DNA of 64,000 nucleotides from Ostrea edulis (Eukaryota): NCBI RefSeq assembly GCF_947568905.1, contig NC_079170.1, positions 3,906,001 to 3,970,000 of the forward strand, read 5' to 3'. Shown piece by piece: positions 40,406 to 51,436 of this stretch (position 1 is its first letter; each line of letters starts with the position of its first letter). The notes under the pieces were generated by a model. It saw only the letters and a program-made list of their open reading frames with translations, ran no database searches and was not told where the DNA came from. The position numbers and the translations under genes were made by a program.

Positions 40406-43400
40406 GTACAACAAGAATATAAACAAGTGTATATGTGTACAACATGAATATAAACAAGTGTATATGTGTACAACATGAATATAAACAAGTGTATATGTGT
40501 ACAACATGAATATAAACAAGTGTATATGTGTACAACATGAATATAAACAAGTATGTATGTGTACAACATGAATATAAACAAGTGTGTATGTGTACAACAT
40601 GAATATAAACAATTGTATATGTGTACAACATGAATATAAACAAGTGTATATGTGTACATGAATATAAACAAGTGTATATGTGTACAACATGAATATAAAC
40701 AAGTGTATATGTGTGCAACATGAATATAAACAATTGTATATATGTACAACATGAATATAAACAAGTGTATATGTGTACAACATGAATATAAACAAGTGTG
40801 TATGTACAACATGAATATAAACAAGTGTATATGTGTACAACATGAATATAAACAAGTGTATATGTGTACAACATGAATATAAACAAGTGTATATGTGTGC
40901 AACATGAATATAAACAATTGTATATATGTACAACATGAATATAAACAAGTGTATATGTGTACAACATGAATATAAACAAGTGTGTATGTGTACAACATGA
41001 ATATAAACAAGTGTATATGTGTGCAACATGAATATAAACAAGTGTATATGTGTACAACATGAATATAAACAAGTGTGTATGTACAACATGAATATAAACA
41101 AGTGTATATGTGTACAACATGAATATAAACAAGTGTATATGTGTACAACATGAATATAAACAAGTGTGTATGTGTACAACATGAATATAAACAAGTATGT
41201 ATGTGTACAACATGAATATAAACAAGTGTATATGTGTACAACATGAATATAAACAAGTGTATATGTGTACAACATGAATATAAACAAGTGTATATGTGTA
41301 CAACATGAATATAAACAAGTATATATGTGTACAACATGAATATAAACAAGTATATATGTGTACAACATGAATATAAACAAGTGTATATGTGTACATGAAT
41401 ATAAACAAGTGTGTATGTGTACAACATGAATATAAACAAGTGTATATGTGTACAACATGAATATAAACAAGTGTGTATGTGTACAACATGAATATAAACA
41501 AGTGTATATGTGTACATGAATATAAACAAGTGTATATGTGTACAACATGAATATAAACAAGTGTATATGTGTACAACATGAATATAAACAATTGTATATG
41601 TGTACAACATGAATATAAACAAGTGTATATGTGTACATGAATATAAACAAGTGTATATGTGTACAACATGAATATAAACAATTGTATATGTGTACAACAT
41701 GAATATAAACAAGTGTATATGTGTACAACATCAATATAAACAAGTGTATATGTGTACAACATGAATATAAACAAGTGTATATGTGTACAACATGAATATA
41801 AACAAGTGTGTATGTGTACAACATGAATATAAACAAGTGTGTATGTGTACAACATGAATATAAACAAGTGTATATGTGTACAACATGAATATAAACAAGT
41901 GTGTATGTGTACAACATGAATATAAACAAGTGTGTATGTACAACATGAATATAAACAATTGTATATGTGTACAACATGAATATAAACAAGTGTATATGTG
42001 TACAACATGAATATAAACAAGTGTATATGTGTACAACATGAATATAAACAAGTGTGTATGTGTACAACATGAATATAAACAAGTGTATATGTGTACAACA
42101 TGAATATAAACAAGTGTGTATGTGTACAACATGAATATAAACAAGTGTATATGTGTACAACATGAATATAAACAAGTGTGTATGTGTACAACATGAATAT
42201 AAACAAGTGTATATGTGTACAACATGAATATAAACAAGTGTATATGTGTACAACATGAATATAAACAAGTGTATATGTGTACAACATGAATATAAACAAG
42301 TGTATATGTGTACAACATGAATATAAACAAGTGTATATGTGTACAACATGAATATAAACAAGTGTGTATGTGTACAACATGAATATAAACAAGTGTATAT
42401 GTGTACAACATGAATATAAACAAGTGTATATGTGTACAACATGAATATAAACAAGTGTGTATGTACAACATGAATATAAACAAGTGTGTATGTGTACCAC
42501 ATGAATATAAACAAGTATGTATGTGTACAACATGAATATAAACAAGTGTATATGTGTACAACATGAATATAAACAAGTATGTATGTGTACAACATGAATA
42601 TAAACAAGTGTGTATGTACAACATGAATATAAACAAGTGTATATGTGTACAACATGAATATAAACAAGTATGTATGTGTACAACATGAATATAAACAAGT
42701 GTATATGTGTACAACATGAATATAAACAAGTGTATATGTGTACAACATGAATATAAACAAGTGTATATGTGTACAACATGAATATAAACAAGTGTATATG
42801 TGTACATGAATATAAACAAGTGTATATGTGTACAACATGAATATAAACAAGTGTGTATGTACAACATGAATATAAACAAGTGTGTATGTGTACAACATGA
42901 ATATAAACAAGTGTATATGTGTACAACATGAATATAAACAAGTGTATATGTGTACAACATGAATATAAACAAGTGTATATGTGTACAACATGAATATAAA
43001 CAAGTGTATATGTGTACAACATGAATATAAACAAGTGTATATGTGTACAACATGAATATAAACAAGTGTATATGTGTACAACATGAATATAAACAAGTGT
43101 ATATGTGTACAACATGAATATAAACAAGTGTATATGTACAACATGAATATAAACAAGTGTATATGTGTACAACATGAATATAAACAAGTGTATATGTACA
43201 ACATGAATATAAACAAGTGTATGTGTACAACATGAATATAAACAAGTGTATATGTGTACAACATGAATATAAACAAGTGTATATGTACAACATGAATATA
43301 AACAAGTGTATATGTGTACAACATGAATATAAACAAGTGTATATGTACAACATGAATATAAACAAGTGTATGTGTACAACATGAATATAAACAAGTGTAT

Positions 43401-44170
43401 ATGTGTACAACATGAATATAAACAATTGTATATGTGTACAACATGAATATAAACAAGTGTGTATGTGTACAACATGAATATAAACAAGTATGTATGTGTA
43501 CAACATGAATATAAACAAGTGTATATGTGTACAACATGAATATAAACAAGTGTATATGTGTACAACATGAATATAAACAAGTGTATATGTGTACAACATG
43601 AATATAAACAAGTGTATATGTGTACAACATGAATATAAACAAGTGTATATGTGTACAACATGAATATAAACAAGTGTATATGTGTACAACATGAATATAA
43701 ACAAGTGTATATGTGTACAACATGAATTTAAACAAGTGTATATGTGTACAACATGAATATAAACAAGTGTGTATGTACAACATGAATATAAACAAGTGTA
43801 TATGTGTACAACATGAATATAAACAAGTGTATATGTGTACAACATGAATATAAACAAGTGTATATGTGTACAACATGAATATAAACAAGTGTATATGTGT
43901 ACAACATGAATATAAACAAGTATGTATGTGTATAACATGAATATAAACAAGTGTATATGTGTATAACATGAATATAAACAAGTGTGTATGTACAACATGA
44001 ATATAAACAAGTGTATATGTGTACATGAATATAAACAAGTGTATATGTGTACAACATGAATATAAACAAGTGTATATGTGTACAACATGAATATAAACAA
44101 GTGTATATGTGTACAACATGAATATAAACAAGTGTATATGTGTACAACATGAATATAAACAAGTATATAT
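40406..44170. repeat. Satellite, 31-bp unit, roughly 120 copies
   Basis: Unit gtacaacatgaatataaacaagtgtatatgt, with point variants and 2-3 bp deletion variants. Confidence 0.99.
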
Positions 44171-44364
44171 AGAAGACAAGGAAAAGGGGATAATGGATGA
44201 CAATTTATGTACGTCAACATATATACAGCAACTATGAACTCATCGATATCGCCATAGGACACGGAAAATATCTCAATGAGGGCATTTGAGATGTTTCATA
44301 AAAAGACCCTCAATATCAAACATAATATACTTGTAATGTCAATTGAAATGGAGAGATTTAGCCA

Positions 44365-46965
44365 TCAAACGTCTGTTATGTCACGTTCAGATTTTACCCT
44401 GGTTGACATGTTCACAATCAATATGTTGTTTCTCCTCTCACGCACCTCGTTTAACTTGGTGACACTTCCAGTTTCCTCACAAGGAGAAGATCCTTCAGCA
44501 GAAGAATTTACCATTGTTTCTACATCTTGACTTTCAGGTTGCTTTGAATCTGCAATAATGTCAGCTACCGGCCAGTTCTGTCTGTAATTCTTGATCACGT
44601 TATCAAAGAGATTTTGGAAGCTCAGACTAAAGGTGTCTACCTCCACGTACGCGGGAGGCTTGAAGAGAACATTGCGGAAAACCCATGGTAGAAAACCTCC
44701 AGCGAGTGTGGCCAGCATTTGATTAACACCAGAAACTGAGTATTCGTTTCCAAAGGCCATTACAACAATTATAACAAACAAAAGAAATAGAATAATTGTC
44801 AAAAACTGACGCAGGGCACTCACTAAGTTTTTGTATAGACTTCCAGGACAACCCACGTGATCAATGTAGGCGGATTTGAAAAAGAATGTTCGAGTAATGT
44901 ACGGTTTGTCGCGATTATCTAAAAATAACAGAACGCGTGGAACACTCCATTTCAGGACGCCACTACACATATGAGGAAAGGAATCCATCAATATAACCTG
45001 GTCGTTATGGTCATCAACGCTGATCTGGAAGGCAGTGTTTGGCTGTCTATCTTCCGTCTGCCATGCCACCTTGTCTACCTGTTCTTTCGCTCTTCCGAGA
45101 AGCGCCTTGTGAATGGCTTGATTAAAAGTTTGATATTTCTGAGTAACGCTACCAAAACAGTCTCGAGCATACAACGACAACATGAAAAGTAAGGAAATGT
45201 ATTTCAGAGTTTGAGAAGCATTGAGAATGACACCAATCAAGGTATAGACTATCATCTCAACGAAGAAAACAATGACTTCGACAACTAAAATTACACAGGA
45301 CATCAAAGCCAATATGCTCAATAAAATGGTTACTAACTGTACAGTACGAAAGCCACTACTTGATTTTGTAGACAGGCGAGCAATAGTTTCTCTTCTGAGA
45401 AGGCCAACTACGCTGATTTTCTCTTTCAATCTGGATACACATTTGAAATTTGGGAAGACCACAATGATCAGATGACACAGTAATCGCAACACGATGTTAA
45501 GTGTTGGTACGCAATAAAATGCTAGACCTATGATGATAACTGGTAAAACGAACAGCCAGTATATTCCGACGATGAAAAAGGCGAAAACGCCATATTCCTT
45601 GAATGGATAAAGCAAAGTTCTTATAGCCCATCCGAATGATCTCGAATACGAAGATTCATGCATGTCTCGGAAGCACTTTCGAAGAACAATTTCAATGTTT
45701 CGTTTCAGTTCTGAACTTATCAATTCTAGAAGTCCAAATAAAACACTGTCTGCTACCAGTATAGCGTAGCAGAATACGAAGACGCCATGCACAGGAGTTA
45801 AGAAACTCAGCATGCTGCCGGGAAAGTAAGCAAAGTGCAATGTTAACTTCCGGTCACGTGCAGCATCGTCCTTATCATCGTGTTCACTGTCTTCATACCG
45901 ATAGAAAATTGCTATTCTGAAAATCCATGGAATGATGACCACAATGCATGAAATAATGAACATAAGTTTTTGTAAACATTGATTGGGTTTTACATGTGAC
46001 TTAATTTCTCGCGTGAGATCAAGACCATACATTGAATTTGCTACCCTAGATTTGTCATCTACAAACTTAACTAAGTCAGAGAAACGTGGCTCTCTACCAG
46101 ATTCAGTGATCGAGTGTGCAATATCTACCCATTTTGTTCTCAAATGCATTGGTATTCTCTTAACAATCCGTCTCAAATTATCAGAGTTGCCTATATCTGA
46201 CTTAAATCCTAACTGAGAAAGAGTTATTTCACACTTCTGCATTTCAAGAGCTAACCTAGATAGCTCCTCTACATCTGATGCCTTAATTTGGTCTCCGTAT
46301 ACTAATTTGTCTATGTAAGATCTAACAATAACATGCGATCGACCATAACGAGAGTACAATATTTCTCGTGCCCTTTTGTAACCTTCTGTAGGTTCTAATA
46401 AAACGCAATCTTCAATAGAAGATTTAGCCTCACCTTTGCAGTACTGAATTAAATAACTTAACCTAGTACTATTGTCATTTATCTTGTTTTCAATGTTCGT
46501 TTCAAAGTTCTTAATGAACTTAGTGTAGTTCATGGGTGATCCATCGAAGCTAAGTATTTCTGGTTTCGGAAGGTTGAATCCTTCTTGAAGAACGGACGCT
46601 AATCTACTGAATGCGACATCGATAGTAGTTGAGCTGACGCCTGGCCCCTTCATTTGGTTACCTTGGTCTTGGATGTCATGAGAACTCCCTTGAGTACCCG
46701 TTTGTGTCACCGTGTTCATCATACGCATCGAGTTTCCGACTTCCGGTTCCGTTGCGTACGGCGGCCTAAACCTCACATCTCTGCGATCCTCGGTTCTTTG
46801 GTGCGTCATTGATTCGCTCACTTCTTGCGTCTCACCTTCGTCTTCTATCACCGCCTCCTGCCAGACTGATTCCTCTAATCTCGCAATCTCAAGTTCAGCT
46901 TGTTGTTCAATAATCTTCTCCTTGTCTTCGATTTCTCTGCGTGCACGTTCCAGTTCCCTAGCCAA
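44365..46965 (-). CDS. Chimeric ORF: Bel/Pao gag (coiled coil + DUF1759-type capsid) fused in frame to the C-terminal ~540 aa of a paralog of the membrane protein; first in-frame ATG at 46809 (814 aa)
   Basis: LPKPEILSFDGSPMNY..RLSYLIQYCKGEA..GY..AREIL..RYG is the Bel/Pao gag signature. From CLQKL onward the protein aligns with 28635-30259. There is no stop across the junction (~45980). Expression is not demonstrated. Confidence 0.75.
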   Translation of the reverse strand: MARELERARREIEDKEKIIEQQAELEIARLEESVWQEAVIEDEGETQEVSESMTHQRTEDRRDVRFRPPYATEPEVGNSMRMMNTVTQTGTQGSSHDIQDQGNQMKGPGVSSTTIDVAFSRLASVLQEGFNLPKPEILSFDGSPMNYTKFIKNFETNIENKINDNSTRLSYLIQYCKGEAKSSIEDCVLLEPTEGYKRAREILYSRYGRSHVIVRSYIDKLVYGDQIKASDVEELSRLALEMQKCEITLSQLGFKSDIGNSDNLRRIVKRIPMHLRTKWVDIAHSITESGREPRFSDLVKFVDDKSRVANSMYGLDLTREIKSHVKPNQCLQKLMFIISCIVVIIPWIFRIAIFYRYEDSEHDDKDDAARDRKLTLHFAYFPGSMLSFLTPVHGVFVFCYAILVADSVLFGLLELISSELKRNIEIVLRKCFRDMHESSYSRSFGWAIRTLLYPFKEYGVFAFFIVGIYWLFVLPVIIIGLAFYCVPTLNIVLRLLCHLIIVVFPNFKCVSRLKEKISVVGLLRRETIARLSTKSSSGFRTVQLVTILLSILALMSCVILVVEVIVFFVEMIVYTLIGVILNASQTLKYISLLFMLSLYARDCFGSVTQKYQTFNQAIHKALLGRAKEQVDKVAWQTEDRQPNTAFQISVDDHNDQVILMDSFPHMCSGVLKWSVPRVLLFLDNRDKPYITRTFFFKSAYIDHVGCPGSLYKNLVSALRQFLTIILFLLFVIIVVMAFGNEYSVSGVNQMLATLAGGFLPWVFRNVLFKPPAYVEVDTFSLSFQNLFDNVIKNYRQNWPVADIIADSKQPESQDVETMVNSSAEGSSPCEETGSVTKLNEVRERRNNILIVNMSTRVKSERDITDV

Positions 46966-47187
46966 TGCTATGATCTGGCTCCGGGGCCATAAAACTTAGC
47001 TAGCTCACTTTTGAGACCAAAATCTGAGACCGTCTCAGATTTCGGTCTCAGTCTCAAGTTTGGTGTGCCATAAAAAATTCTCGTCTCAGTCTCAATCTCA
47101 TATTTCTAGTTTGATCTCACTTATGAGCTCAGAAAGTTAGATCGCTGGAAAGGTGTCTCAACTCCGTGTTTTTTTCTCACTTTCAAT

Positions 47188-47707
47188 ATGGCTTCCGCAG
47201 CTGCCCGATTGAATCGGTATAACATCATCCGTAGGAGAAGAAGAGCGCCCCGGCCCCGGATTTTTCAAGATAGATCCAATCCCCTAGAGGGTTTGGAAGG
47301 TGATGAAGTTTTCATTCGGTTCCGGTTTCGTCCAGATACAATTCTGTGGATTGTTGGCTTAGTATTTGATGATTTCCAGAGACAGACCCATCGAAATTGT
47401 TCCCTACCCCCTTTGCTACAAGTCCTCGCCGCCCTGAGATTTCTCGCCACTGGCTCGTTTTACAACATTGTCGGAGAGTCTCTTGGGATTTCAAAGTCAG
47501 CGACAGGGAGAGCTGCTCGGATGATATGCCGTTTGTTATCATCCATGGCTGCGCGCTTTATCAATTTCCCAGCCAACTTGGATTCGTACAAACGTACTTT
47601 TTTTGAGATTGCAGGTAAGCATTGCATTATTTGAGTAGGGTAGTATTCCGTAGGGGAACCAGTCTATTTCAGGGTTAGACTAATTACTGCACTGCTATGT
47701 TAAGGTT

Positions 47708-47746
<39 letters not shown>

Positions 47747-50467
47747 ATTGTATTTCGTTTTTAAAGCTAATTGTAAGGTATTACAAATATTTCACGATAT
47801 CAGTTTGTAGTGGATAAACATGTAAATAAGGAAATAAATAAATATGACCAAGATATTTTTCTCTCGGGTGAGTGAATTACCCTGGTCGAGTTATTTCCCT
47901 TTTTGTTTGTGTGCTATGTACACGGAGGATTCAACGTGACAATGCATTCAGCTTCTATCCTATGTTTATCTAGTTCACGCACCTGAAAATTCAGTGTTCC
48001 TATACAGCTGTAGATGTCCTCGAGGATAAGTATATTTGATTAATTTAAAAAAAAAAGAGTTTTAATCCGATTTTCCTCTGTTTTGCATTGCACATGTATA
48101 CAACAGCCTTGACGGATGTGTTGCTTATGAAGCTTCACTTTTGTGGCTATTCTTCTTGTCAAAGTCCTATTTCTACATTCAAACTTCGTTGTATTGGCTG
48201 CTTACATCCTCTTTTCCCGAAGCAATAAGTAGAAAATAAATTGGTGAGGTATATTGTACAAGTATATCACTATCGGAAATGAACAATGTGCCTTTAAGTC
48301 TTCGTATTTGATAGGGTTTCCGAACGTTGTTGGCTGCGTGGATGGCACTCAGATCAAGATCAAAGCACCAAGTGAAAACGAGGGAGATTTCATCAACAGG
48401 AAAGGATTCCATTCACTTAATATTCAGGTACTCATACCCCACACAAGAATGTTTTTGGATATAAACTTGAAAAGTAGTAAAATGTAAAGCAATGGGGTCG
48501 CAGTTGATATGCAGTTATACTCTATTCAATAGCTTATACAAACCATTAGATCAAGGTTTTAATTTATTAAAACCGTAAGGCGCATTTCCATGTTATTTGT
48601 TTTTTCATGCAGTCAAATTAGACATTGTTTTGTACCCAATTACTCATCTGCTCCAGGTATCTTGACCAGGGATCATCCCTGTAAAACTTAATTTCGTGCA
48701 GATAATTGTCTTTACAGTATATTTTTAAGATTTGAAACACGAGAATTTTTTTTTTTTTTTTTTTTTTAGGTTCATACAACATTTATTCACATTATGACAG
48801 TCAGGGTTTTAACATCATGCCCTTACAAACCCAAACTCAAGAATTTTTTTGAGTGTGTTGTTTCAGAATTTTTAATTTCATTTTTGGTGTATATATCATT
48901 CACGCTGTGTACTGACCTGGATATTCCCTAGCTGCAGAACTGTAGCTCTCTGAAAAAATATTTTGACATAACAGAGAGCTACAGTTCTGCAGCTAGATAT
49001 TCCCATGAATCCAAATATTTTTATGTTCCCGAGATCGAAGATCGGGGGGGGGGGGGTATTGTTTTTGTCCAGTCAGTCATACTGTAATTCTGTCTTATCG
49101 GGGGCATTTGTGTTTCACAAACATATCTTGTAAATTTGCAGTTGTAAAAGGCAGGTATAATGTTAAGTAATTGCCATATATTGCTTAATAAAAAACAATT
49201 GTTGACATTCACAATTAATCATTATTGTAGATGGTATGTGGACCCAATTTCAATATCACCAATGTTGTGGCCAAGTGGCCAGGGTCAGTTCATGACTCTA
49301 GGATGTTTAAGGAGTCTCTATTATGCAGAGAATTTGAAAATGGTATGTTGATATTTTTACTGCAACAAGGTAGTACCAAACAGATGCGTAAAAGGTTTCC
49401 TGAAGTTCAATACCTTTGAAACTTTGATATTTTGTTCTAAGGAACAAAACCTCTTATAAAAGAAATCTATCATAATAATTTTTTTCTGTACTTAATTTCA
49501 AATGACAAGGAATCTGACCCCGTTAGAATAATGTGAAAGTTACAACCTGATATGCTTTGTCATCTTGGTCATATTTAACGAGGCCAAAAAAAAAATGTTG
49601 GTTTCCACTCCACTTTCACCTCAACATTTTTGATGATCGGGAAGTATTTTTTTTTTATATGTTGAATCATTTTTTAATGATTTTAATTAGTATTCTACTA
49701 TGCCTAAAACATAGTAATTGCCTAGTAATCAAATAAAAAATTATAATATGGTAAACAAAAACTGTTTATGTGTTTTATAATCTGTTAGTGCATTATAAAC
49801 AACTTCATAAGTCAATAAATATACTCTTGTTGTAGTGATGGCATTTGCAAAATCTATGAGAATGGGGAAAAAATGTGTTAGGCCTAAGGGTCAGCAGAAA
49901 TTTGTAGGGTCGGTCGGAAAAGTGAAAACCAATATATATATTTTTTTGGCCCGATTTACATTCTGCATATCATTTAAAGATTTAACTTTGGCATTATAGT
50001 ATATATAATAATAGCAACTCTTCTTCTGAGATGCGGGAGTCTTATTGCTGTGTTTCTGACAATATGCATTGTTTATTGATATAGGGCATATACAAGGCAT
50101 ACTGTTGGGGGATTCAGGATATGCTCTCAAGAAGTACCTCATGACGCCATATTTGAATCCCTCAGATGTCCACCAGGAGAGATATAATGGTGCACATTGC
50201 AGAACTAGGGTTCTCATTGAGCAAACCTTTGGCATATTGAAAAGAAGGTTTGCTGGTTTGCATACAGAGCTGCGACTTTCCCCAGAAAGGGTCTGTAATG
50301 CCATTGTAGCTTGCTGTGTGTTGCACAACATTGGAATTGTCAGGGTTGATATCCTACAGTTTAGAGGGAATGATTGTCCCCAGAATCCCACAGACTACGC
50401 TGAGAGAAATGTTAGAGTTCTTGATGGTAAAACAGTACGGGACCACATTGCAAGAAATTACTTCTAG
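47188..50467 (+). CDS. Harbinger DDE transposase, 4 exons (47188-47614, 48315-48427, 49231-49342, 50085-50467), 344 aa
   Basis: GT-AG introns with compatible phases. Motifs present: GFPNVVGCVDGT, NRKG.HS.N.Q, KWPGSVHDSR, LGDSGY, LMTPY, IEQTFG.LK.RF. All catalytic D, D and E residues are present. Confidence 0.93.
48929..48995. mobile_element. 67-bp foldback mini-MITE (24-bp TIR, 9-bp TSD gatattccc)
   Basis: tagctgcagaactgtagctctctg / cagagagctacagttctgcagcta, with the direct repeat at 48920-48928 and 48996-49004. Confidence 0.85.
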
Positions 50468-51159
50468 GTAAAATAACATTTAGTCAAAGTTATTTTAAAT
50501 TTTATTCAAACCACTAATAATTTTAATCATTGTTAAACAACGTCATTTTCACTGTTGAATATGACATACAATGGTAATTTTAATCATTATCAAACAATAC
50601 CATGTTCACTGTTGATTATGTCCCACAATGGTAGTCTCTATGCACTTAACTAGCTCAGTATTTACCACAGGTAAACTGTAAAGAATACTATTTTGTAAGA
50701 TATAGTATTGTTTACATCTATTTATTTACACTGTGCATGTGTAGTTATTCTAATTAAAATAAGGACTGATCAAGCAGTTTATAGAGCCTTTTACACAAGT
50801 AATAATAACTAAAAGCCATTGTCTGATTGCTTTGTAATCGTTTATTACCATGAACCATCCAGTGCCTAGGTTCAATGTGTCTACACAGAATTGCTCACAA
50901 ATTATCTGCAGTGTGACATACACAGAAGACAAGACAAGACAGGATATTCAAAATAACACACAAATCTAATCATGAATTACATCAAATCAAATATAATTAT
51001 AATGATACATGTAATAATAATATTGAGGATAAGAATATATTTGGAAATGGTTTTGTTCAGTAATTCAGGTATATCATATAGAATACAATACTTTTAATCA
51101 GTCAAGTTGTTTTTTTAATTGGAATTTAACTGTCATGTTGTGCATACCACCCCTCCCAT

Positions 51160-51410
51160 TTCAGCTCACCTGTTCAAATTTACATTACAGTTTCCTGACA
51201 TAGTGCAGATTCAAGTTTGTTTAAATCATGACCCCTGGGGATAGGGTGGGGTCACAATCTAGGATCAATGTTTTACATGCAAATATATAAGGAACATCTT
51301 TAAGTACATGTATGACCAAGGTGGAAGTTTTTTTTACCAAACACAGACAGACAGACAGGCCAAAACTAGATGCCACCATATCGTCGATTCCAGATAAATA
51401 TAATAAAGCC
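51160..51410. mobile_element. Helentron-associated (HINE) repeat fragment inside the Harbinger
   Basis: tttcagctcacctg start, a ttcctgacatagtgcagattcaagtttgt core shared with 59840 and 60260, and an (ACAG)n tail. Confidence 0.6.
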
Positions 51411-51436
51411 TGTTCTAGTACATTACCTACATGTAT

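Noticed and set aside
26140-44170. CRISPR-like appearance of the several short-period arrays
   Set aside because: Units are contiguous with no unique spacers, there are no cas genes, and the context is eukaryotic.
40365-44262. ORFs of 440-1266 aa in all three minus-strand frames
   Set aside because: Translation of a stop-free 31-bp satellite; overlapping frames and low complexity.
44170-44364. 3' LTR expected if the chimera were an LTR-mediated retrocopy
   Set aside because: No similarity to the candidate LTR at 54948-55260 on either side of the satellite. The template-switch model is therefore unsupported.
47188-50467. Domesticated HARBI1 gene
   Set aside because: Flanked by perfect TIRs and a TSD and paired with a Myb/SANT gene, so it is a transposon rather than the host gene.
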